This document shows, in pieces, positions 11,096 through 21,760 of a DNA stretch of 33,145 bases; positions within the stretch are counted from its first letter, which is position 1, and each line of letters begins with the position of its first letter. Under the pieces are notes generated by a model, which saw only the letters and a program-made list of their open reading frames with translations, searched no databases and was not told the origin of the DNA. This DNA comes from Octopus bimaculoides. Lineage: Eukaryota. The position numbers and the translations under genes are program-made. The DNA lies in the NCBI RefSeq assembly GCF_001194135.2, contig NC_068986.1, positions 113,594,983-113,628,127 on the forward strand, given 5' to 3'.

Positions 11096-12573
11096 CATAT
11101 TTGTGTAGAGTCGAATATTACAAGAGACTGTATATGAAGAAGGAGGGGGGGCACAGAGAGAAAGACGATGAAGTCTACGCCTAACGGACAGACACAGATA
11201 CGCAATCAATTGATGTCTATAAGCGAGTCTTTGTGTTTTGGTAGAACTGTCATTGGGCTTTCATTTGCATCAATGGTACCATGACCAATAATTCGTATGT
11301 GTTTAACGTGGGAGAGTGTCTGTGTTCGCAGGGATGTATGTGTGTGGGAGTGTGTGTGTGCGGTGTGTGTGTGTGTGCATGAATACGGTGAATGGCAGTG
11401 TAAGAGTGTGACCAAAATACTGGCTTTTAATCAGCGTCGAAACAATGCCACATAAACGCACGCATAAACACAGCCGTACACGAACAGACCTTCATGAATA
11501 CTTTACCGAGTCCATATCTCAAGCGAACTTCATAGGAGAATGACTCTCAAACCAAATGACTGTGGATGATTAGAAATAATTCGACGATGACAGATTTTAG
11601 TCTCCGATGACAAATGACGGAAAGCGGAAATAGATGTTCGGTATACCAAAGAACAAACACACATACACACATATAAAGAGTCGGTGGTCACGTGTATGCT
11701 TGTATATATACGTGTGTGTGTTTCAGTGTATGTACTTATATACATATACGTGTATATATATATATATATATATATCCTTGCATATTGCTATGTATGATGT
11801 ATGTATGTATGTATGTATGTATATGACAATGATGAAAAGTGTAATGAAAACGCAAGGACGGGATGAGTTTACAATCAATAATGTTCGTTGCAAGAGTGGT
11901 CGCGTAGGTTGCCGAAGCTTGTCGCAGAAATAGAAAGAGTAGGCTGTCGTGTCGTTTTAGCCAACATGAAAAGAGAGGGAAAACTGGGAGGGAAAAAGTA
12001 CAAAAATGAGAGAATAAATGGAAAAGGAAGTCAAGGCAAAGGGTTTATATACAAAATATTTATGTATGTGTCAATTTGTGTGAAAAATGCACATAGATAG
12101 ACACACATAAACACACACGGACATATAGGGAGGGACGTTATGCATGAGAATGGTAAAGACAGAAAAACACAACCACGCACATTTATATACACACACAAAA
12201 GCACACACATACACACACAGACACACACATATATATTTATATATATATATATATATATNNNNNNNNNNNNNNNNNNNNNNNNNNNNNNNNNNNNNNNNNN
12301 NNNNNNNNNNNNNNNNNNNNNNNNNNNNNNNNNNNNNNNNNNNNNNNNNNNNNNNNNNNNNNNNNNNNNNNNNNNNNNNNNNNNNNNNNNNNNNNNNNNN
12401 NNNNNNNNNNNNNNNNNNNNNNNNNNNNNNNNNNNNNNNNNNNNNNNNNNNNNNNNNNNNNNNNNNNNNNNNNNNNNNNNNNNNNNNNNNNNNNNNNNNN
12501 NNNNNNNNNNNNNNNNNNNNNNNNNNNNNNNNNNNNNNNNNNNNNNNNNNNNNNNNNNNNNNNNNNNNNNNNN

Positions 12574-12609
<36 letters not shown>

Positions 12610-13429
12610 GCATAAACATACATATATATATATTATAATATGTGTATATATATATATATAGAATTGCAGGGTTACTGATATCAAACATTAAAATCATTAC
12701 TCTAGAAACGTATTAAGTTATAACTTGATGCTGTATAGGGGAACTCTACTTACACACTCAGATACACACAGATATACTACATATATAGACCTACAATAAA
12801 ACACGCACGCACACACGCACACACACAAACACACATACACACATATACATCCATATACATATGATTATTTGTGAATGCGTGTGAGCCGTACGCCTCAGTG
12901 TGTGTTTAGAACAGTTTATCTACTTCCATCTTTCTAGTTGCGCTTGTGCGTGTGTGTCTGTAAACCTCTCTATATATATATATGTGTGTGTGTGTATGCG
13001 TGTGTGTGTGTGTGTNNNNNNNNNNNNNNNNNNNNNNNNNNNNNNNNNNNNNNNNNNNNATACATATATATATATATATGTATGTATATCTTATAAACGC
13101 ATAAATATATACCATATATATATGTTACAAATTTGTGTGCATATGTGCGTAGGTGTGTGTGTGTGTGATGGCGCATGATTGCGGTGGGTGGCGGGGTTTT
13201 CTCTGATGTCTAAATTCTTGCAGCGAATCAAACTATGCCGATATATAACGGTCTCTATGACATTTTTTCGAAGTCACTGATTTTGATTTCACGGCTGGAA
13301 ACACTTGGAAATGTAATTCACATGGTATCGATCACCCGATCGGTTCTGTAGCGGAGTGAGGTCGAACAGTCCTCCTGGGATTATTGTGAATGACACATTT
13401 ATATTATCACTGATCATAGTTTATGTAGC

Positions 13430-13435
13430 TGCATG

Positions 13436-13495
<60 letters not shown>

Positions 13496-13698
13496 CATAC
13501 ATACATACATACATACATACATGCATACATATATACGTATCTGGAAATTCATTGTTCTGTATTTGTATTCTGTCTCCCGGTAAATTAGTGTGTAGAAATT
13601 AAAATCTATCCAGTAATATAACACACACGCACACACATACACACATATGCAAAAATATTTATATATGCATACGTGTATATGTATATATATATATACAT

Positions 13699-13750
<52 letters not shown>
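13430..13750. repeat. (TA)n/(TACA)n microsatellite blocks
   Basis: Direct reading. Confidence 0.93.
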
Positions 13751-13752
<2 letters not shown>

Positions 13753-13960
13753 ATACAAAGAATATATATACATGTATACACACATATATGTACATACTTA
13801 CATCTACATGTGTATATATATGCATATCAGGGTACAGGACGTTAGAACAATGAACTACAGACAACGGAACGAACACATAGGAAAACGGAAAGCCACTCTG
13901 AATATCCATTCATCAGCCGTCTCTATTCTAACTAGACGTTTCGAAGACATACATATATAT

Positions 13961-14182
13961 ATAAAATGAGAACGAAACCAAGGCTGTGTGGAATTTAGAG
14001 GACATTTATAAAGAGAAACATAGTCTTACAGTTGTTTCTGGGATGTTAGTGATATCCCTAACGATGTGAGGGAGTTAACTAGACGGAAATAGTAAAGTTC
14101 AATAGAAGGAGTTAAGACTACCTTTCTCTTTATAAATATCCTATCAAATCAACACAACTTTGGTTTTGTTGTCTCATTTTAT
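13961..14182. repeat. Imperfect ~70-bp inverted repeat (13961-14028 / 14112-14182), probably head-to-head PLE-type terminal repeats
   Basis: ATAAAATGAG...TTTATAAAGAGAAA..TAGTCTTA recurs as its reverse complement. The PLE assignment is inferred from a hammerhead 3' half abutting one arm. Confidence 0.75.
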
Positions 14183-14309
14183 TTAACATATACATGCTCA
14201 TAGAAAACCCACATTAGACTCCTCACTCGTATCATTATCGAACCGGGACTCTTACTACGGTTCTACTGCACCACTTCGCGGTACCTCTCATATATTTTTT
14301 TTTTTTAAT

Positions 14310-15073
14310 ACAGAATGGGACAAGAACTCAAAACGTCCAGAGAGTTAGGTGATACCAGAAAGGGATAAAACATACAGATAGACGATAGAAAGAAAACACG
14401 GACAGGATATTCGGAGTTTTCTTTCTTCAGTCGAGATCCAGATAATCCTTGCAATTTCGGCTGCATTGCTTTCCTTGGAAAAAAGCAGCGAACGTATACA
14501 AAAACAAGGACGGAAAAAAACCCCAACAATGTTACACAAATACAGTAAGAATAATAACAGGATATAACAACATATGTCTTTCGACTAAGGACGAATTAAA
14601 TTAAGCTGGTGTGTATGGAAATAAGGCCTTACAGCAGGAGTACAAGATTTCACAGGCACAGGGAGGAATAACGATGTTGCACGCACAACCGCCGGACAAG
14701 GAAGAAAGGTCAGGCTCAGCCGGACACCGGTCACGTGGGAAGAGAAAGGAAAGAGGTAGAGGCAGAGGGACAAAAGTATTAAGGAAGGGCGAGAAAAAAT
14801 GACAAGGACACAGTGAAGTGAAAAGTGGAGGGAAAGTGAGCAAGAATAGAAGGCAAGGAAATGTGAACGGAGGGGAGACGAAAGAACGAACAGTGGAATG
14901 AACGAATAAGGATGAAGGGGCTGTTGGACATAAAAAGAGATTTCACAAAAAAAAAAAACAGATGAAGACAAGCGGTGTAGAAAACAAATAGATGAATTAG
15001 TATAACGATCGGGATTTGAGAAAGTCTTTAACGTTTCGAGCCTACGCTCTTCCACAGAAAGGAACACAGAAAA
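14310..15073 (-). mobile_element. Non-coding interspersed repeat block, probably PLE-related terminal-repeat-derived, interrupted by a LINE
   Basis: The 14990-15073 segment is repeated at about 21630-21712 and carries a hammerhead-like motif. The rest is purine-rich and non-coding. Boundaries approximate. Confidence 0.45.
15026..15061 (-). ncRNA. Minimal type-I hammerhead-ribozyme-like motif (variant core)
   Basis: Minus strand CUUU-CUGUGGA-A-GAGC(GUAG)GCUC-GAAA-C-GU-U-AAAG: stem I CUUU/AAAG, stem II GAGC/GCUC, GAAA core, palindromic AACGUU stem III, putative GUU cleavage triplet. A6 is replaced by U. Confidence 0.6.
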
Positions 15074-15074
15074 G

Positions 15075-15590
15075 TGTTCCCAGCTATGGTCACCCCACAG
15101 TGTAAAATTAACAGCGGACCTTGAAGCAATACAGCGAAGCTTCACATAAAAGATTGTCTCATTGCAATAGCTCAGCTACTGGGAAAGGCTAAAGCAGCTA
15201 CGACTCTCCTCGCAATGGCGGGAAAGATATGCAGTAATGTACATCTGGAAGATCCTGGAAGGGATTGTGCCGAATTTTATTAATGAAAGATACACAAATG
15301 ACAGAACAGCTCACCACTGCACAATGCCAAATATGCCAGCAATACCGTAACGCTTAGGACCAGTTACCACAACAGCCTATATTTTAGGGGCCCACAGCAA
15401 TTTAGTATTCTCCCAAAGAGCCTGAGAGGCCTACACAATGTGGATGTAGGTGTTTTCAAATCAAAACTGGATTTCTTCCTGTCGAGAATCTCAGATGAAG
15501 CTACCTCGCGGCAGGAGGCGCTCTGTAATAACAGTGTAGCAAAACGGCGGTGTCCCAGCATAACCACTGCTTTGAGCTGAAACTGATACA
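15075..15590 (+). mobile_element. CR1-like LINE 3' end (5'-truncated, pseudogenised ORF2 C-terminus)
   Basis: CSQLWSPHSVKLTADLEAIQRSFT*KIVSLQ*LSYWERLKQLRL...RERYAVMYIWKILEGIVPN...GPQQFSILPKSLRGL...VFKSKLDFFLSRISDE is a typical CR1-clade C-terminus. 3' tail GGCGGTGTCCCAGCAT...GCTGAAACTGATA. Confidence 0.88.
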
Positions 15591-16002
15591 TATATATATT
15601 TATCAGTTTCAGCTAATATAAATTATGGTGTCGATATTTAGAAAACGTTAAACAGGATATACATTGGTGTTGCAGAAGCTTTGTGTGGGGCTGAAAAATG
15701 AATGTTGTAAAATGCGGTTCTGAGAATCTGACTACGATCACTCACACCATTAGAATGCATCATGGCATGGAATTGTCTCTCTCTCTCTCTCACTCGCACA
15801 CACTTGCACACACATTCATAGTTATTAGGCAATATGTCTCGCTTAAATTGGTAAATAAATGTTCAACGTTTTCTTGAGTCCTTGGTCAATGCATCGGTTT
15901 GTAACTAATTTTCTTGACGATATGATGTATTTGCAAACACATTCACGCACTCACACATTCGCGCGCGTGTGTGTGTACGCGTGAATGTGTTTCCAAACCT
16001 GA

Positions 16003-16372
16003 AGCTATCCACCTTCAGAAATAGGAATAAGGCTAACTCAACAGGGTTAAGTGCAGACATTTGAGAACTTAAGGATAAAAATAATAGATTTTAGCTTAAA
16101 CTGGCGTATACTCTCGAAAACAACCTCCTACAACACTGCAAATAGACACTGCGATCTTTGCCTATCAGAACGCCTAGCTATACTTACGGCTAAGCAAATT
16201 CTTCTCAACAGGAAATTTGAAAACATCTCATTTTGCCTTCACGTGGCCCATTATGCATTTTTGAAATACCGGTAGAATAGCCTCTCTTGTCATCATGCAG
16301 GCCTCTATGCCTCCATAACTCCAAACTAGAATACTCATCTATATAAGTCATACAAGCGAAAACCACGAGTTT
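16003..16372 (+). mobile_element. Penelope-like element fragment: GIY-YIG endonuclease C-terminus plus start of 3' non-coding region
   Basis: STFRNRNKANSTGLSADI*ELKDK /frameshift/ IIDFSLNWRILSKTTSYNTANRHCDLCLSERLAIL...LLNRK matches the PLE endonuclease tail (LS..IW.LK...I.W.IL...Y......C.LCL.EK..I....LLN.R). Confidence 0.8.
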
Positions 16373-17319
16373 CCCATTGTTACTATATCCTTTTTCTTCT
16401 CTTANNNNNNNNNNNNNNNNNNNNNNNNNNNNNNNNNNNNNNNNNNNNNNNNNNNNNNNNNNNNNNNNNNNNNNNNNNNNNNNNNNNNNNNNNNNNNNNN
16501 NNNNNNNNNNNNNNNNNNNNNNNNNNNNNNNNNNNNNNNNNNNNNNNNNNNNNNNNNNNNNNNNNNNNNNNNNNNNNNNNNNNNNNNNNNNNNNNNNNNN
16601 NNNNNNNNNNNNNNNNNNNNNNNNNNNNNNNNNNNNNNNNNNNNNNNNNNNNNNNNNNNNNNNNNNNNNNNNNNNNNNNNNNNNNATATATATATATATA
16701 TATATACATATTTATATCAAAACATATTGCGTGTATATATCTGTGTGCATGTGTGTTTGTAGACAGTGCAATTAGACTCATCTAAAACCTCGCTTCTTAT
16801 ATCTGTCTTTTTTTTTACCATGTGGATAAATGCTGAAACCAGGATATCAGTTACGCTATCCAAATAATCCCAAACTCACAGATGTAACGCTCACCAAACA
16901 CGGAACTTCGTCATCATCAGCGGAGTTCTATTTTTTCCATGTATATTACCTAATGGACCTACTTAGAAGCTATTCTTTTTCCTCGGCATCTTTTATGAGC
17001 GTGTTAAACAAATAATGATAACAAACAACACGTAGATGTTACATCCAATTATCTCTGCATTCCACAAACTCACCGTGTTTGAACCATGGTCAGAAAACCT
17101 CTGACCCAAAATGTGAGAGGTCACTTCCTTCCTTTCATTGTATGATTTGGGCGTTTTTTAAGCAAAATCCCAGAGTGATGAAATGAAATCATATAAAATT
17201 GTAATTGCATTTCTAATTTCCGTTTAATTTATTTCTCACTCATTGATTTAAATTTATAAACCACTTAATATATTCTGAAATATGTCAACATATAATCTGA
17301 AACATACAAACAAAAAAGC

Positions 17320-17456
17320 CTGCCTCCTACCAGCTCGGCTTCGGATTCACTTCCCTTCGTTGCATCCTAGGCAACTCCACTTCTATGACTACGGGCCATC
17401 CAACGCCTTCTAAGCGGATTTGGCGGAGGCAAACTGAAAGAAACCCATCGTATATA
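17320..17456 (+). mobile_element. Degenerate 5' part of a tRNA-derived SINE with internal microsatellite (same family as 31410-31810)
   Basis: CTTCTATGACTACGGGCCATCCAACGCCTT...GGATTTGGCGGAGGCAAACTGAAAGAAACCCATCGTATATATG aligns with the reverse complement of 31655-31730. Confidence 0.6.
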
Positions 17457-17631
17457 TGTATATANNNNNNNNNNNNNNNNNNNNNNNNNNNNNNNNNNNN
17501 NNNNNNNNNNNNNNNNNNNNNNNNNNNNNNNNNNNNNNNNNNNNNNNNNNNNNNNNNNNNNNNNNNNNNNNNNNNNNNNNNNNNNNNNNNNNNNNNNNNN
17601 NNNNNNNNNNNNNNNNNNNNNNNNNNNNNNN

Positions 17632-17667
<36 letters not shown>

Positions 17668-17699
17668 ATTCTCTTGTGAACGACAAATGAGAGTTCAAT

Positions 17700-19335
17700 A
17701 AAATAAAGCAATGATCATGTTCTATCTATGGACACGAATGTACCTCTTGAGGCTTGCTTGTGCCTTGCAAACCTTTTGGCAAATGGAACAAGCTGATGTC
17801 TCAGACGGCAAGGCTTCTTTGTTTCGTGCCACAAAACCACAATGATAGGTTAGTTTTCCATTTGGAGGAGAAGTGCTTTGCCAGCGTGCTTTCATGTTGG
17901 TCCCGGTGTTGGAGTCGATTTTGCTCAATTGTTTGAACTGAAAAATAGGACTCGCGCCAGAACCTGCGTTCTGATGCTTTGTTTTTCCAGGAAAGAAAAG
18001 GAATGTTGCATCGTTTCACATTGTCTTTTAGTTTGTCTTTGAAGCGCAAGAGTAATCTTCCAACTGACCTTCCTGTTAGGAATTGGCCAAAAAGAAATTG
18101 CTTCAGAATTCTGATATCACTCATACGTGAGAAATGACCTGACTATTTAAATATTGTTTTGATCAAGATGGCTTCAATACCTGATATGCTGCATTTTGTA
18201 TGTCACTGTTATGAATATGGTCAAGACCAATGACTAATATACTTTGACTTTCACCTTCAATGATACGTCATGGCTGATCCCTGACCTGTGATAACGCGTA
18301 CCGAAAACGGTGCTTGCCTTCTTGAATCTTGACTCGATATATTTATCCATCTTCGCATCATTTGACACAATGGAACCAAGATAAGTGAAAGAGGAAACAG
18401 TTTTTAATGCTTTCCGATAAACATATAAAGTAGGGGCACTGGCAGGAAGATGGTCACAAATGGGCTGATGGAGAAGCTCAGTTTTATTTATGATGATGGT
18501 CAGACCAAAGGCCTTCGATACACGGCCTGGCTTTAAGAGTGTGTGCTACAAGTGCACAATCGTCTGAGAAGAGCAAATTTCGAACTGTTTGCAACAAAAT
18601 CTTAGTTTTTGCGTTGAAGCGTCGTTGGTGGAGCAAGCTACCACCAGTTTTGTACTCAAACTTTACTCCTTTAACAGACTCGAATGCGGATATGACGGAT
18701 AAATACAAAGTAAATAAGAGTGGTGCATGAAAACAGCTTTACTTTGTCCCATTTGAGGGAGTGAATAAATTGGACACTACCCTGCTTGATCTGACAGAAG
18801 CCATCAAACCTTGATAGAAAGTAATTATGACACTGAACATCTTTTCTGGAACACCTAATTTTCTAAGGATAACTCAAATAGCATCACTAGATACAGTGTC
18901 GAAAGCTTTAGTTAGATCTACAAAAAAGCTTCCAATAAGGGCCCACGAGCATTTTCCCGCAGTTACCTTAGGCTAAAAATCATATCCACTGTGTCTCTAC
19001 CAGCCCAAAATCCACACTGAGGTTCAGGCAACGCTAAACTGACAAGGGCATCAGTTAGTCTATTTAAGATAACGCTTCTAAGGATCTTCCCAGCAACACA
19101 CAAAATTGGGATATCTCTATGGTCGTCACATTCGTATTGGCTGCTTTTATGCTTATAAAGATGGACAATAGAAGCATTTTAAAACTCATTTGCGACTGAT
19201 CAAGATTCCCAGATTAACGAGAAAAGGTTACATAAATTGTTCAGCAGGAGACTGCTGCAACATCTCTATATGTCGGCTGATATGCCGTCGTTTCAGGACG
19301 ACTTTCCATTCATGAGCAATTTTATGGCCATTTTT
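17700..19335 (-). mobile_element. RTE-clade LINE, 5'-truncated, decayed reverse transcriptase
   Basis: Minus-strand pieces AIKLLMNGKS, LPEPQCGFWAGRDTVDMIFSLR, FVDLTKAFDTVS, KTKILLQTVRNLLFSDDCALVAH (YADD-type motif), MSDIRILKQFLFG...GRSVGRLLLRFKDKLK, and C-terminal CSICQKVCKAQASLKRYIRVH. Many stops and frameshifts. Confidence 0.93.
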
Positions 19336-19344
19336 TATTTCAGA

Positions 19345-19460
19345 ATTTGATGAAAAGAGAACGACAGGAATGGAATTTGATGTAAATATAAGGAATGGCG
19401 ACCAAACTGATTAAAACAGTATCCTGGCTTGGTCGCAATCCAATGACTGAAGCAAGTAAA
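19345..19460 (+). mobile_element. Degenerate SINE 3' tail
   Basis: ...CAGTATCCTGGCTTGGTCGCAATCCAATGACTGAAGCAAGTAAA resembles the CCCAGCATGG...CTGAAAC tail type seen at 15549-15588 and 31410-31476. Confidence 0.5.
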
Positions 19461-19475
19461 TGATGAAAACATGCA

Positions 19476-19613
<138 letters not shown>

Positions 19614-20316
19614 TACATATACATACATACAGCCATACATACATATACCGCATATATAAGATATGTGCGTTCGTGCGTGTGTGTATGTGTATGTGCATAT
19701 GTCTGTGTGTCTATGTATGTGTGTGTGTATTGCGTATGTGTAATGCGTGCGCGCGGGTGTGTGTGTGTTTTTATTGTATATATATGTTATTTGTTTTCGT
19801 TTTCCTATCACACTCTATATAATTTTTAGCATTTGTGTGTCCGATTTCTTTCTGTAATGTTTCTCGTTTGTCATTTCTTTTTTTTTTTTTTAGTTTTTCC
19901 TTTAATTCGCAGAAATAGCAATCAGCAGCAGCGACAGCAACGGTACCATATTCAATATATAGAGCAATAAATATTATTTTTTTCATACATCGTTGAAAAA
20001 CACATTGAATCGAATCATGTAATGTATCTATTTAGTCTCTGTCTAAATCAGCGATGCAGAACATTTTTTTTATTATTTATCATGGGCCACGCAATATTTT
20101 GTTTCATCTGTGTCCCAAACGATGACGACTGAATTAAACCGGAATTCTATGTTAAAGTACAAATCTCAATCAAACAGTAAAAAGAAAGAACAACGTCAGT
20201 ACATGTATCTAAAATGTAGGAACATTAAATGACTAAAAAACGAAGGACTTTAATATTGTAATTTCAAACAAAAAGCAACCTAATCAATATGCAAACAAAT
20301 TTGTCTTACTTGTTTA

Positions 20317-20644
20317 CATGGCTCAGTGGTTAGAGCGTCGAGCTTACGATCGTGAGGTTGTGAGTTCGATTCCCGGACCGGGATGCGTATTGTGTTCTTG
20401 AGCAAGACACTTTATTTCACGTAGTTCCAGTTGACTCAGTTGTAGAAATGAGTTGTGACATCACTGGTGCCAGGCTGTATCGGCCCCTTTGCCTTTCCCT
20501 TGGATAACATCAGTGGTGTGGAGAGAGGTGCCTTGTATGCATGGGTGACTGGTAGTCTTCCATAAACAAACTTGCTCGAACTTATGCCTCGGAGGGTTAC
20601 TTTCTAGGTGCAATCCTATGGTCGTGTACGACCGAAGGGGTCTT
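20317..20644 (+). mobile_element. tRNA-derived CORE-type SINE (octopus OR2-like)
   Basis: A-box TGGCTCAGTGG, B-box GAGTTCGATTCC, CORE-like TGTTCTTGAGCAAGACACTTTA...CTCAGTTGTAGAAATGAG; ends at a (TAGA)n tract. Family label is from recall. Confidence 0.85.
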
Positions 20645-20692
20645 ATATAGATATAGATAGATAGATAGATAGATACATATAGACTGATAGAT

Positions 20693-20755
<63 letters not shown>

Positions 20756-21263
20756 NNNNNNNNNNNNNNNNNNNNNNNNNNNNNNNNNNNNNNNNNNNNN
20801 NNNNNNNNNNNNNNNNNNNNNNNNNNNNNNNNNNNNNNNNNNNNNNNNNNNNNNNNNNNNNNNNNNNNNNNNNNNNNNNNNNNNNNNNNNNNNNNNNNNN
20901 NNNNNNNNNNNNNNNNNNNNNNNNNNNNNNNNNNNNNNNNNNNNNNNNNNNNNNNNNNNNNNNNNNNNNNNNNNNNNNNNNNNNNNNNNNNNNNNNNNNN
21001 NNNNNNNNNNNNNNNNNNNNNNNNNNNNNNNNNNNNNNNNNNNNNNNNNNNNNNNNNNNNNNNNNNNNNNNNNNNNNNNNNNNNNNNNNNNNNNNNNNNN
21101 NNNNNNNNNNNNNNNNNNNNNNNNNNNNNNNNNNNNNNNNNNNNNNNNNNNNNNNNNNNNNNNNNNNNNNNNNNNNNNNNNNNNNNNNNNNNNNNNNNNN
21201 NNNNNNNNNNNNNNNNNNNNNNNNNNNNNNNNNNNNNNNNNNNNNNNNNNNNNNNNNNNNNNN

Positions 21264-21308
<45 letters not shown>

Positions 21309-21544
21309 TGGCGTGTACATATATATATATATATATATGTACACGCCAACACATCTACATTCATATGCAAACGACAACACACGTACACACACACATATAT
21401 ATGTATATTATATCGATATTAAATTCATATGTATTTATACGTATATATGTTCTCTTGAATTTAGAGTAAATTCCTACTGGCCAAGCTACTTGTTAGCAAG
21501 GTTAGATTTTTTCTTAGTGTCTCACAGGGTTTTGTAGGACCATA

Positions 21545-21576
21545 GGTAGGTAGGTAGGTAGGTAGGTAGGTAGGTA
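21545..21576. repeat. (TAGG)n microsatellite
   Basis: Direct reading. Confidence 0.95.
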
Positions 21577-21624
21577 TGCATACACTTTGACCGGTTTCGC
21601 ATTAGATTTTAAAATGTGTATATT

Positions 21625-21760
21625 ATATAAAATGGTTAGTATAACGCTCAGGAATTGAAAAAGTCTTTAACGTTTCGAGACTACGCACTTCCACAGAAAT
21701 GAACATAGAAAGAAACAAGGAGAGAAAAAAAGGAGTGATAAAACGGAGAGAGAAAATATA
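21625..21760 (-). mobile_element. Second copy of the PLE-type terminal repeat containing a hammerhead-like motif (21665-21700)
   Basis: TTAGTATAACG...AAAGTCTTTAACGTTTCGAG.CTACGC.CTTCCACAGAAA.GAACA.AGAAA is shared with 14997-15071. Confidence 0.75.

Noticed and set aside
11606-11640. CCGATGA...GAAAG..GAAAT resembling a hammerhead core
   Set aside because: U4 is missing and stems I-III cannot be formed.
16900-16930. Minus-strand CTGATGA-TGAC-GAAG
   Set aside because: No stem II, GAAG instead of GAAA; more likely a remnant resembling the OR1-like SINE 3' end.
19880-19946. Possible 30-nt micro-exon (TTCGCAG acceptor, GTACCA donor)
   Set aside because: The donor is very weak and the content is a decayed CAG repeat; unsupported without RNA data.
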